64,000 nucleotides of DNA. It comes from an uncultured virus (IMG/VR IMGVR_UViG_3300031566_000024) (lineage: Duplodnaviria > Heunggongvirae > Uroviricota > Caudoviricetes). The notes beneath the pieces are model-generated. The model was given only the letters and a program-made list of their open reading frames with translations. It made no database searches and had not been told where the DNA came from. Within the stretch, counting starts at the first letter, position 1. Each line of letters starts with the position of its first letter. The translations under genes and the position numbers were made by a program. The stretch is taken from the IMG/VR virus record IMGVR_UViG_3300031566_000024. One strand, given 5' to 3'. Of this stretch, positions 18,956 through 29,010 are shown one piece after another.

Positions 18956-19699
18956 ATGGGAGTCTCGAAAACGAATAAGGATGTGTCACAGCAATCAAGT
19001 GTTGATAATTTTTTTCAATATACAGGTATACGCGAATTGAAAAACGATATCACATTAACCACACAGGTTCAAAAAGATGATACCATTATTAATGTATCTT
19101 CCGGGCATGGTTTTGTTATTGGTGATATATTGACAATTTGGGAAGATACCCGTTTTGAACAAACGGAAGTGATCCTTGTTACTGTTGATGCAATAACAAT
19201 AACTATACCAAGTGCAAGTGTTTTTAGTGTTGCAGGCGCGCGCGTGGTACGTGGAAATAGTAATCTTAATGTAGATGGGAGTGTAACGCCTGTTTCAGTG
19301 CTGTTTAAAACGTACAACTCTTTTGTGCCAATCGATATATCAAAAACTGTAATTCTTATGTCACACAGTGCAGCAGCAGATGATTCGAAATTTGGCGGGA
19401 TCACTGCACTAATCAACGGTATATATTTTAGGAAAGAAGATGGTGTTCGCACAAACTTTGGTAACTACCGGAAAAATATAGATTTTAAAGGGTTCGGTGC
19501 AACAGTGGCGTACACAGACAAAGCCGGCGGCGGTATATATGCAACAGAAATTACATTTGATTTTGTGACAATTTTCGGGCGTGAACTGCGCTTAAACACA
19601 AGACTTGAAGAATTTATTTGCGGGGTGATACGCGACGACCTAAGCGGATTATCTGGACTCAAAGTTGTATTAACAGGCTCTTTCACGGAGGGTGAATAG
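18956..19699 (+). CDS. Putative virion structural protein
   Basis: Beta-rich; NVDGSVTPV and FGGI.AL.NG segments; coupled. Confidence 0.7.
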   Translation: MGVSKTNKDVSQQSSVDNFFQYTGIRELKNDITLTTQVQKDDTIINVSSGHGFVIGDILTIWEDTRFEQTEVILVTVDAITITIPSASVFSVAGARVVRGNSNLNVDGSVTPVSVLFKTYNSFVPIDISKTVILMSHSAAADDSKFGGITALINGIYFRKEDGVRTNFGNYRKNIDFKGFGATVAYTDKAGGGIYATEITFDFVTIFGRELRLNTRLEEFICGVIRDDLSGLSGLKVVLTGSFTEGE

Positions 19700-20551
19700 A
19701 TGGGATTGGATACATATTACAAAGATATTACAAGTGATGATTACATTGTAGAAATTAATAAAGGTAATGTTGCCGGTCATTATCATATACGAAAGTTTTT
19801 TGAAAATCCTGATTTTGGTACAACCACGGAAGACATGTGGAATTATCCCGGATCGGGAGCCGGTGTATACACATACACTGCCTATGCTGGTGCTGATTAC
19901 TACATTGCGAGTAGCAATGATAGTGATACACAAGAAATTATTATAGGTCTTTTTGATACTGATTTCAATCTGCACGGACACACTTTGACACTTACAGGGC
20001 GGACACCCGTAAAAATAGTTAGTGGTACAACGTTATGGACGAGAGCTTTTCGGATTGTGAATAATTCAAATACACCTTTTCTCGGCAACATCGCATTAAC
20101 GGAAGGAAATGCGTTTACGCTGGGTGTACCGAATGTAACTACCTCAGTAAGAGCGTATGTCAAATTAGGCCCCCTTGAAAATCAAACACTAATGTGTCAT
20201 ATGTCGACACCCGCTAATTATTACGCGTATCTAACAAATATAAAAATTGATACACTACGAAAAGTAGCCGCACAAATTAACGTACGTCTTTATATACGAA
20301 AATACGGAAAAGTATTTACAACACAGGATAGCACCGGATATGTTACATCTGGTACGTCTGCAACACAATACTCAATTAACACCACTGGACTTATTGCGCC
20401 GAAGAGCGACATAAAAATTGATGCTATCAGTGATGCCGCAAGTATGGCGGTAACAGGTAGCTACGATGTTACTTTCATTCGTTCCGATTTGGTTAATCGT
20501 TATAATATTTTTGATGGTAGTGATCCTAATTTTATACAGGGCTCTCAATAA
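19700..20551 (+). CDS. Putative virion structural protein
   Basis: 283-aa beta-rich ORF; coupled. Confidence 0.7.
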   Translation: MGLDTYYKDITSDDYIVEINKGNVAGHYHIRKFFENPDFGTTTEDMWNYPGSGAGVYTYTAYAGADYYIASSNDSDTQEIIIGLFDTDFNLHGHTLTLTGRTPVKIVSGTTLWTRAFRIVNNSNTPFLGNIALTEGNAFTLGVPNVTTSVRAYVKLGPLENQTLMCHMSTPANYYAYLTNIKIDTLRKVAAQINVRLYIRKYGKVFTTQDSTGYVTSGTSATQYSINTTGLIAPKSDIKIDAISDAASMAVTGSYDVTFIRSDLVNRYNIFDGSDPNFIQGSQ

Positions 20552-21021
20552 TGACTACTACTAATTACAGACTCATAATTAAGGATCGAGGTTGGAACGA
20601 AATAAAAAAAGAACATAAACGGCTTGACGGTGTCAAAATCGAGGTTGGCCTATTTAATGATGGTGGTGGGGACACGCCAGAAGATAATATTGCTATGCGC
20701 GGCGCTGTACACGAGTACGGCACAACAAACATACCCCAAAGACCCTTTATGCGAAAAGCAATGTTGGGTAAAAATAAAAAAGAATTACAACACTTTATAA
20801 GTGTTATCTATACACAATATGTTAAAAAAAAGCAAACACTATCTTTATTTTTAAAAAAAATAGGTGTGTTTCATGAATCACAGATAAAAAACAGTATAAA
20901 AAACGGAAGGTACAAGAAACTAAGTCCCATTACTATTAGACGCAAGCTTAGTAGTAAACCACTCATAGATACAGGTGAAATGCTAAACAGTGTTGAATAC
21001 AGAATAAAGATGAGGTTATAG
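20551..21021 (+). CDS. Neck / virion morphogenesis protein
   Basis: VHEYGT..IPQRPFMR, T..RK.SSKPLIDTG.M. Confidence 0.85.
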   Translation: MTTTNYRLIIKDRGWNEIKKEHKRLDGVKIEVGLFNDGGGDTPEDNIAMRGAVHEYGTTNIPQRPFMRKAMLGKNKKELQHFISVIYTQYVKKKQTLSLFLKKIGVFHESQIKNSIKNGRYKKLSPITIRRKLSSKPLIDTGEMLNSVEYRIKMRL

Positions 21022-21022
21022 C

Positions 21023-21373
21023 ATGTCAATATTTTTTCCGCAAACATGGTCAAAAACACAATATACGGCTGGAAGTTATGTCAATGGAAAATGGGTAGAA
21101 GGCACGCCGACTGTATCGGCTCTTATAGCAGACATACAGCCGATATCAGGCAAAGAACTAGATACATTAACTATTGGTGATAGAAATATTGGAAAGATAA
21201 AAGTATACACCAGTGAGGCACTTATAATAATGAATGAGGGTACATACCAATCAGGGGACCGGGTAACATGGAACGGTGAAATATATGAACTTATTGGAAA
21301 ACAAGAAAGAAATGGTGGCTTAATTATGCATACTAAATATATTGGAGAATTGAGAAAAAATGACAATCGATGA
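21023..21373 (+). CDS. Head closure protein
   Basis: G.YVNG.WVEG, IQP.SG.EL..L..G.R, D.V.W.G..YE. Confidence 0.8.
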   Translation: MSIFFPQTWSKTQYTAGSYVNGKWVEGTPTVSALIADIQPISGKELDTLTIGDRNIGKIKVYTSEALIIMNEGTYQSGDRVTWNGEIYELIGKQERNGGLIMHTKYIGELRKNDNR

Positions 21374-21881
21374 AATGTACACATTTATACGGTCATGGAT
21401 CAATCAAATTCTTAACACCCAATACAGTCTAAGTATACCTGTTATTTTTTCAAATGAAAATGCAGCACGGCCACCATTGCCATATTTTGTTATACACCGT
21501 CCGCCAATTTCAAATATACAATTGCCAGGTGAGAATTATTGTCCGTGGCAATTCACAAACGAACAAACAGACACCGGTAATGTAGAATATAGCACCAACT
21601 ATCAAGCTTCTATTTCACTAGAAGAAGTGGGGGGTGATGACGGGCAAACATTACAATACTTAACTTTGTCACGAAAACAAGATGATATATTGCAATTATG
21701 GAAAAACAACAAAATAACACTACTCAGTCAGACGGCTATTGCAGATATATCCGATATTACTGAGAATGTAATTGAAAAACGTGCGGTAATGGACATTACT
21801 GTAATTTATAATGTACAAACTAGCTACGATCCGGGGTATATCGGTACTGTCGAATTTTCCGGAACTATTTCACTAAACTAA
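21360..21881 (+). CDS. Tail terminator / neck protein
   Basis: N..RPPLPY; position before sheath. Confidence 0.75.
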   Translation: MTIDEMYTFIRSWINQILNTQYSLSIPVIFSNENAARPPLPYFVIHRPPISNIQLPGENYCPWQFTNEQTDTGNVEYSTNYQASISLEEVGGDDGQTLQYLTLSRKQDDILQLWKNNKITLLSQTAIADISDITENVIEKRAVMDITVIYNVQTSYDPGYIGTVEFSGTISLN

Positions 21882-21901
21882 AATAAAAGGAGCGAATTCA
21901 A

Positions 21902-22966
21902 ATGGCAACAGACGCACCATTAAAGAATTTAATTCAAATTACAATCACACGCGAAACACAAACAATCAAAGTTGCGAGTTTCAACACTATACTACTTGTT
22001 GATGAAGTTGACGACGCAAGCCCCCCATTTGTAGGCCGTACAAAAAGCTACGCATCAATACTGGAACTTGCAGGAGACGGTTACACAGCAGGTGACTATG
22101 TATACGATTCGGCTGCAAACATTTTTGCACAAAATCCAAGTGTTTCAAGTATCAAAGTCGGCCTCAAATACATTACTACTACACCGGATGCAAGTTGGAC
22201 GGCTGCAATGAACGCGATACAAACTGCAGATCCCGATTGGTACGGCTTTACAATTATTTCAGAAGTTCTCGCAGATCAATCAGAAGTTGCGGATTGGGCG
22301 GAAGCTGCTGCACCAAAAGTACTCTTTGCTATTCGTTCTAATTCCGCCGATATAATTGACCCTGTAAGCACTACTGACATTGCATATTATATACAAAATA
22401 GTTCATATGAAAGAAGCTTTGTATATTATCATTCGGGCACAAACGCAGAATACATTGACGCGGCCGCACTGGGGGAACGCTTTCCACGCAATCCGGGAAC
22501 AGGCACATGGATGTACAAGACCCTTGCAAGTGTTTCTATCTATGCGCTAACCAGTGCAGAAAGAACAGCAGCACTTGATAAAAATTGTAACATATATATT
22601 AGCTATGCAGGTGTTGGAACCACAGAGGCCGGAACGGTTGGTGTGGGTGAATACATAGACATTATGCGGGGTACGGACTGGTTGGAATCGACTATACAGG
22701 CCGACTTGTTTACTGTCTTGAAAAATATTGAAAAAGTACCGTATACCGATCCCGGTGTAGATTCCATGGTGAGCATCATCAAGGGATCACTACAAAAAGG
22801 CGTGAACAGAAATTTCATTAACGCCGGTTTCACAGTTACAGCGCCACTTGTTGCAGACGTAAGTGTCAATGACAAAGGCAATAGAATACTACCAGACATA
22901 ACATTTACAGCCACGTATTCAGGTGCTATACACACAATTCAAATAACTGGAACAATCAGTTTATAA
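21902..22966 (+). CDS. Tail sheath protein (DUF3383-like, contractile)
   Basis: F.QNP, DWY, TW.YKTL, YID..RG.DWL, K.PYTD.G, GAIH.I.I.G. Confidence 0.9.
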   Translation: MATDAPLKNLIQITITRETQTIKVASFNTILLVDEVDDASPPFVGRTKSYASILELAGDGYTAGDYVYDSAANIFAQNPSVSSIKVGLKYITTTPDASWTAAMNAIQTADPDWYGFTIISEVLADQSEVADWAEAAAPKVLFAIRSNSADIIDPVSTTDIAYYIQNSSYERSFVYYHSGTNAEYIDAAALGERFPRNPGTGTWMYKTLASVSIYALTSAERTAALDKNCNIYISYAGVGTTEAGTVGVGEYIDIMRGTDWLESTIQADLFTVLKNIEKVPYTDPGVDSMVSIIKGSLQKGVNRNFINAGFTVTAPLVADVSVNDKGNRILPDITFTATYSGAIHTIQITGTISL

Positions 22967-22978
22967 AGGAGGTAGATC

Positions 22979-23413
22979 ATGGCATTAGATACGAAACTTA
23001 GAACATATGATCCTAAACTAGTTGCGTTGAGTTTTAAAGGCGCAATAGTTACCGGATATACTGACGGTGACTTTATTGCCGTCACCAATGATGACGGCTT
23101 CGAATCCCGCACAGGTGCGGACGGATCAGAAGACCGTGTAAACAAAAATATAACAGGTGTTAATGTAGATGTAACGTTGATGGGCTCATCAATTACAAAC
23201 GATGTCTTAAATGATTTTTATGAGATCGACAAAGCCACAAATGTAGGGTATGGCGCGTTTAGTATTAAAGATCTTAACGGTACAATGCTGTTAACATCTG
23301 GTGAAGCGTACATTACAAAAAAGGCTGACAAATCATTAGGTAACGGTGTGGGATCTGTAACATGGACTTTCAGGTGTCCACAGGCGATTTACAACCCTGG
23401 CAGTAACCTGTAA
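22979..23413 (+). CDS. Tail tube protein (DUF3277-like)
   Basis: TYDPK.V, GADG, L...S..N..L, KDLNG, W.F. Confidence 0.88.
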   Translation: MALDTKLRTYDPKLVALSFKGAIVTGYTDGDFIAVTNDDGFESRTGADGSEDRVNKNITGVNVDVTLMGSSITNDVLNDFYEIDKATNVGYGAFSIKDLNGTMLLTSGEAYITKKADKSLGNGVGSVTWTFRCPQAIYNPGSNL

Positions 23414-23435
23414 TTACGTAAATAGGAGTTTTTGA

Positions 23436-23894
23436 ATGAAAATAGAAACGGTTAAAAGGATCATTGATGGTATTGAATTTAATGTTCAGCAATTCAAATG
23501 GTCAAAATCTATTGAGCTTGAAATAGAAGTTATCGAGGTTCTTAGTCCTGCGCTTGATGTACTGAAAAACTTTAAGAACATGGATGATGAGATTGAATTC
23601 AATGAATTGGGAATGGCTATACAAAAAGCTATCACAACATTGCGCGGTAAGGGTGCCTTTGAATTCATATCAAAATTAGTGTGTCAAACGTTTGCAACCA
23701 TTAATGGAAAAGAGACATTACTTGATAACGAAAACATAATTAATGAGGTTTTTCACGGCCAAACAATGACAGCAATCAAACTTGTTATAGAGGTCATGAA
23801 AATAAATAAATTTGCTTTTATCGCGGGGTTGGCTGGACGGGATGCGATAACCGGTATCTTTACGCCGGACGGCAAAAACAAAAACAAAAAATGA
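23436..23894 (+). CDS. Tail assembly chaperone
   Basis: Between tube and tape measure. Confidence 0.75.
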   Translation: MKIETVKRIIDGIEFNVQQFKWSKSIELEIEVIEVLSPALDVLKNFKNMDDEIEFNELGMAIQKAITTLRGKGAFEFISKLVCQTFATINGKETLLDNENIINEVFHGQTMTAIKLVIEVMKINKFAFIAGLAGRDAITGIFTPDGKNKNKK

Positions 23895-24124
23895 AAATGA
23901 TAGGGAAAGTGGGTGAATTATCTAGTACATTGGAAGCGCAGCATATGTACTTTCATGTACTTGATACATATCCACAACTGATGCTTGTTGAAGATCAATT
24001 GTCTTTTCCTGAGTTACAAAAATATTATGCTGTTTGCTGCATGAAAGAGGCTTATAACATGACTATGTATGAATATAATAACGAGCAGGCAGAAAAAGAA
24101 GCGGAAAGAGCAAGGCGTAAATAA
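23891..24124 (+). CDS. Tail assembly chaperone, second part
   Basis: In the -1 frame of the preceding gene, directly before tape measure. Confidence 0.7.
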   Translation: MKMIGKVGELSSTLEAQHMYFHVLDTYPQLMLVEDQLSFPELQKYYAVCCMKEAYNMTMYEYNNEQAEKEAERARRK

Positions 24125-26125
24125 ATGATAGTAAGAAAATTACTTAATTTGATAGGTTTTGATGTTGATAAAAATTCAATGAACAAAGCCGAAAAAGATG
24201 TAAAAGCTTTGCAATTCAGACTGCTAAAAGTAGGTAAGATTGTCGGCGCTTCGATTTTTGCAATTGGTATTGCTGCTGTGAAAACTGCTGCGGATATGGA
24301 AATGCTAGAAGTACAGTTTGAAGTCATGTTAGGTAGTGCAGAAGCCGCCGCCGCACTAATGGAAAAATTAAAAACTTTTGCGGCTGCAACGCCTTTCGCG
24401 TTGCAGGATCTTGCACAAGGCACACAAACACTACTTGCAGCAGGTATAGAAGCCGAAAATGTCGTAGGTGTAATGCGAATGTTAGGCGATGCTGCGCAGG
24501 GTAACAATGAAAAACTACAAAGTATGGCTCTAGTTTATGGGCGTATACAACAAAAAGGAAAGGCCTCACTAGAAGAAATTAACATGCTTGTTGAAAGACA
24601 AGTACCGATTATAAAAACATTAACTAATCAATTAGGATTGGACACTCCCGAAGCATTATTCAAACTTATCAGTGCAGGTAAGGTCACGTCAAAAGACATG
24701 ACTACCGCTTTTCAAACAATGACCAGTGAGGGCGGTGTTTTTTTCAAAGGAATGGAAAAACAAGGACAAACTTTTTTAGGTCTGCTGTCTACAATGAAAG
24801 ATAATATTACTTTCGTGTTGGCAGACATTGGAAAAAAGTTACTGCCGACAATGAAGATACTGACTAAACGCGTAACAACATTATTTCAAGGCGTGTTAGG
24901 GGAATTGGCAATGCAATTAACCTCAATACTTAATCCAGTTCTTATAAGCGCTATTGATATATTTGAAGGGTTACTCAATGTATTACTACCTATAACAAAA
25001 GTACTTATAGATGTACTTGTGCCTGTGTTGGACTTGTTATTCAAAACATTACTTGACATCCTAAAACCAGCTTTACAACTCATTAACGCAATTCTTGCAC
25101 CAATACTCAATATTATATCAGCTATTACACCTATATTCTTAGAATTTGCTACACTTCTATTAGAAACATTTACAAGTGAAATATTAAAAATACTAACAGA
25201 CATGACAGATATATTCACGGAATTAGGGGTAATAGTCGAATCATTATTGCCAGCATTTATACCTTTATTACAAATGGCTTTAAAATTTTTTGGGATATGG
25301 TTAAAAATACGGCTACTGATGCATACAGTATTGATTAGAATCATGCTAAAAGCAATTAAATTGATACTCGGTTTATTGTCACCACTCATACAAAAAATTG
25401 CAGGAGAATTACCAGCAGCAGTATTGGTGTTGGCAAAAGCATTTAAATTCCTTGAAATTCTTGCTGGTAAAACGTTTGCTGCCATAAAAGAAGGATTAAG
25501 TGAGGCTTTTGCATCCGGGAGCGTAAAAGCAAAAGAGATTTTTCAGAATGCTTTTCAAGGCGCGAAAGAGTTTTTTTCAAATGTAATTGATGTCATTAAC
25601 GTTGTCATTACTGCTATTGTAGATAGATTAATGATCATAAAGCAGACCATTAGAGATTTTTTGGTTGGAATATTTGGAGAAGCGTTCATCAAAAAAGTAA
25701 GTGATGCTTTCCGGTCTATTACTGACTTTCTGGCAAATGTAGTTGAAAGTATATTTACCACAATATTCAAACAAATTAACAACGTGCTTGTAGCCATTAA
25801 TAAGGCCATTAAATTTATTAACGATTTGCCGTTTGTCAAAGAATCTTTCAAAGAACTTGAATTATTGGAAGCGTCCGGAATATTTGACAAACTAAAAGGT
25901 GATGATGAGAAAACAAATCAAATACTTGCCGAATTATCGGGATTGACTACACCAGGTGCAGGCGACACAAAAATTACAAACCTTAATCTTAACAATGATA
26001 TTAATATTACAAACCATAATAAGAATACTACTACAAACAAGATAAGTCAAAAATCACTTGCCGATACAACAAAAAACATATTTAGTATTGAGCTAAAACG
26101 TTTGTTAGTGGATGCGGGGGCGTAA
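24125..26125 (+). CDS. Tape measure protein
   Basis: FAA.TPF, MLGD.A.G, YG.I..KGK..LEE.N.L.E, F..MTSEGG.F, LSTMKDN; long amphipathic helices. Confidence 0.93.
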   Translation: MIVRKLLNLIGFDVDKNSMNKAEKDVKALQFRLLKVGKIVGASIFAIGIAAVKTAADMEMLEVQFEVMLGSAEAAAALMEKLKTFAAATPFALQDLAQGTQTLLAAGIEAENVVGVMRMLGDAAQGNNEKLQSMALVYGRIQQKGKASLEEINMLVERQVPIIKTLTNQLGLDTPEALFKLISAGKVTSKDMTTAFQTMTSEGGVFFKGMEKQGQTFLGLLSTMKDNITFVLADIGKKLLPTMKILTKRVTTLFQGVLGELAMQLTSILNPVLISAIDIFEGLLNVLLPITKVLIDVLVPVLDLLFKTLLDILKPALQLINAILAPILNIISAITPIFLEFATLLLETFTSEILKILTDMTDIFTELGVIVESLLPAFIPLLQMALKFFGIWLKIRLLMHTVLIRIMLKAIKLILGLLSPLIQKIAGELPAAVLVLAKAFKFLEILAGKTFAAIKEGLSEAFASGSVKAKEIFQNAFQGAKEFFSNVIDVINVVITAIVDRLMIIKQTIRDFLVGIFGEAFIKKVSDAFRSITDFLANVVESIFTTIFKQINNVLVAINKAIKFINDLPFVKESFKELELLEASGIFDKLKGDDEKTNQILAELSGLTTPGAGDTKITNLNLNNDINITNHNKNTTTNKISQKSLADTTKNIFSIELKRLLVDAGA

Positions 26126-26647
26126 ATGGCAATATTAAATAGTACTTTGTTTTTCAAATCGAATCGCAGTTATGGCGTAGGCGCAATTGTATTTGATTTG
26201 ATATTAGAAGAAACACACAGCCTTGTAAATAGTGTAACAGAGTTCAAAATAGAAGACGGCTCGACTATCACGGATCATATTCAAAACGAAAACCGCACTG
26301 GTACGACAAAAGGCTTAATAACCAATTTCAGTTTGACGCGTGGCATACTCACACAAAATACCGCACAGACGGCATTTAATCAGATTGTACAGTTGTGGAA
26401 AGATCGGGAATTAGTAGACATTGTAACCGTCCTGGACGTGTACCGTAATGTACTAATCGATAATATAACAATGAAGCGTGATAACGGAGACGGGGAAAGC
26501 TTAACTGCCGACTTCGCTTTTACAACTGCAAAAATTGTAAAACTCCAACAATTAACTATTGAGGCATCTGTCAATCTGACAGATATGGGAAATGATTTGA
26601 ATCGTCAAAGTGCGCTCCTGCTTAATGCAGGAAAGACAGCGGGATAA
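26126..26647 (+). CDS. Baseplate / tube initiator protein
   Basis: D..LEE.H...VT...IE.G..I.DH. Confidence 0.8.
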   Translation: MAILNSTLFFKSNRSYGVGAIVFDLILEETHSLVNSVTEFKIEDGSTITDHIQNENRTGTTKGLITNFSLTRGILTQNTAQTAFNQIVQLWKDRELVDIVTVLDVYRNVLIDNITMKRDNGDGESLTADFAFTTAKIVKLQQLTIEASVNLTDMGNDLNRQSALLLNAGKTAG

Positions 26648-26651
26648 TAAA

Positions 26652-27008
26652 ATGAGTGTGGCAATACCACTTTTCAAAGAATCGAGTGCTGACTTTCAGC
26701 AAAATATAGACCTTAATAATGTCAATTACACCATCCGACTTACGTACAATGTGCGTGTCGGTTATTGGTTCATGACATTATCAACAGAAAACTATACAAT
26801 AACGAGTGTAAAATGTACTCTTGAATTTCCGATTCTTTGGCAACATTATGCTCTTATGCCTGAATTATCCGGGGATTTTTTTATAAATCAAATCGAAGAT
26901 CTGCAAAACCGACCCGACTTGACATATGATAATTTTGGATCCGTATTCAAATTATTTTATTACACGCCGGAAGAAGTACTTGAATGGAGGTCTGCGAATG
27001 GCCTTTAA
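26652..27008 (+). CDS. Baseplate protein
   Basis: Y..RL.YN.R...WFM; position. Confidence 0.75.
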   Translation: MSVAIPLFKESSADFQQNIDLNNVNYTIRLTYNVRVGYWFMTLSTENYTITSVKCTLEFPILWQHYALMPELSGDFFINQIEDLQNRPDLTYDNFGSVFKLFYYTPEEVLEWRSANGL

Positions 27009-27837
27009 GCGCGTAGTAACACTCGAAGTTATTAACAACAATACAACTCTTACTCAAATATCAAATCTTGATATAGAATTCGATATTGAGCGGTCTATCA
27101 CATTGCCAGATAATACAGCCGAGTTTGTTATTCATAATGCAAAAACTGAGACTCGAAACAATATATTGAAGGCCGGTAATAATATAATTTTTAAAGCGGG
27201 TTATGAGGATGAAAAAAACATAGCTTCTATTTTTTTTGGTACAATCGATACAGCAATATCAGTCAAAGACGGAGTTAATTGGATTACAACTATAAGCGCA
27301 AAAGACGCGGGAAACAACAAACAACCTCTTACACACCAGACATTAGCATACAGTTACATACCAGGTAGCCCTGTAAGCCAATTAATAAGCGATTTAAAAA
27401 CTTTTTTGAATATACCTGTATTTGGACTTGAAAATATAGCAGGTTTAAAATTAAATAATGGGCTTAATTATTCTGGGGCGTTGGGGGGATTGCTTCGACA
27501 ACTACAGCAAATATTGAATAATTCAGATATTGGCTTATTTTTTGATAGTTCCCAAATGGTTATTTTTAATAAGGCCGGTAGGGATTCGAAATTTGGAGTT
27601 GTGAACTTAACTCAAGATTCAGGACTTATTGGAAACGTTGAAGATGTTACGGATACAACGAAAGACAGCAAGAAAAGAATAAAATTTAAATCTCTTATGA
27701 ATCCAAGATTTCAACCGCTTGGGCTTGTTAACATCACAAGTCAAACAATAACAGGATTGTTTATAATTGAGAAATTAGTTTTTGCAGGTGATAATTTTGG
27801 TGGTGATTTTTCTGTAAGCGGCGAAGGAGTAGAGTAG
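26998..27837 (+). CDS. Baseplate hub protein
   Basis: I.F.IE.S, N.A...I.N, AGY, IF.G.I, SGLIG, L.NP, GD.FG..F. Confidence 0.85.
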   Translation: MAFKRVVTLEVINNNTTLTQISNLDIEFDIERSITLPDNTAEFVIHNAKTETRNNILKAGNNIIFKAGYEDEKNIASIFFGTIDTAISVKDGVNWITTISAKDAGNNKQPLTHQTLAYSYIPGSPVSQLISDLKTFLNIPVFGLENIAGLKLNNGLNYSGALGGLLRQLQQILNNSDIGLFFDSSQMVIFNKAGRDSKFGVVNLTQDSGLIGNVEDVTDTTKDSKKRIKFKSLMNPRFQPLGLVNITSQTITGLFIIEKLVFAGDNFGGDFSVSGEGVE

Positions 27838-28604
27838 TGCTTGAAAATATAGTTGATGTAATGGACCAATTTTTGTTTAGTCGTCTGCTTAATGTACACA
27901 CATGTTTGCCTGGTGAAATTCAAGAATATTATGGCCATAAAGAGCGAAAAGCAAAAGTCAAACCACTGGTCAAAATGAAGACTATCAAAAATGAAAATGT
28001 AGAAATCCAACCCATTGACGGCGTACCTATAATGTTTCCAGGTTCAACAAAAACACACAATGAATTATTTCCATTAAAAAAGGGTGATGGTGTGTTACTG
28101 TTATTTGCAGAAAATCCAATTGGTAATTATCTATCTGGAAATTCCGAAGTCGATAGCGATGATTTAACGCGTTTTGCTCTTACGGATTGTATCGCTATTC
28201 CTGGATTATGGAGTTTTTCAAACATACCCCAACCGGTACCGGAAAACGATAATGATTATTTTTTTACATTTCAAAATGCAGCAATCACAATAAAAGACAA
28301 TACTAACGATATTGAAATCAAAAATAATAATACAACAATTACAATGTCAACAGCGGGAAGTATCACACTTGAAACCACTACCGGAAAAATAGAAGTTGAT
28401 ACAGTTGGTAATATTACAATGAACAATGGTACAGAGCCATTTGTGTTGGGTACTACTTTTGACACCTGGATTACAGCAGCACTATTAACTGTATTCAACG
28501 CACACACACACGCAAGTCCGGCGGGGGGTAATACAGGACCACCAAACGCGCCACTTACGCCGCCGATTGCGTATCTAAGCAATAGAATAAAAGGAAGTAT
28601 ATAG
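27837..28604 (+). CDS. Baseplate spike (Gp138-like N-terminus)
   Basis: HTCLPG.I, VP..FP, P.KKGD..LL.F.E, D..AIPG, C-terminal His-Thr-His metal motif. Confidence 0.88.
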   Translation: MLENIVDVMDQFLFSRLLNVHTCLPGEIQEYYGHKERKAKVKPLVKMKTIKNENVEIQPIDGVPIMFPGSTKTHNELFPLKKGDGVLLLFAENPIGNYLSGNSEVDSDDLTRFALTDCIAIPGLWSFSNIPQPVPENDNDYFFTFQNAAITIKDNTNDIEIKNNNTTITMSTAGSITLETTTGKIEVDTVGNITMNNGTEPFVLGTTFDTWITAALLTVFNAHTHASPAGGNTGPPNAPLTPPIAYLSNRIKGSI

Positions 28605-28605
28605 A

Positions 28606-29007
28606 ATGGCTTATAATTTCTATCAAGATCCTGTTACGAAAGATCTTGTAATTGAAAATAATAATTTCAAATTAACAGCGGGCAACACCGAATTCATAAG
28701 TCAAAAAATTGAAAATGAATTTCTTTTTTTCCTTGGTGAATATTGGTTAGATGTCTCGCAAGGTATCCCGTATCGATCAATAGAAAACAAAGACAGAGAT
28801 AACCCAACAAAAAACATAGTAGGGATAAAAAATCCTGATATTAACTATATCAATAGTGTGTTTGTTTTGGCACTATCCAGTATAGAAGGTATTGATCAAA
28901 TCATAGACTTAACCAGCAATTACAACAACATAAATAGAAAATTATTGATTAACTACACTGTAAGAATTACAACAGGTGAGATTATAGTTAATCAAGTGGG
29001 AGTATAA
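28606..29007 (+). CDS. Baseplate wedge / sheath initiator
   Basis: FLGEYWLD...GIPY. Confidence 0.8.
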   Translation: MAYNFYQDPVTKDLVIENNNFKLTAGNTEFISQKIENEFLFFLGEYWLDVSQGIPYRSIENKDRDNPTKNIVGIKNPDINYINSVFVLALSSIEGIDQIIDLTSNYNNINRKLLINYTVRITTGEIIVNQVGV

Positions 29008-29010
29008 CAA

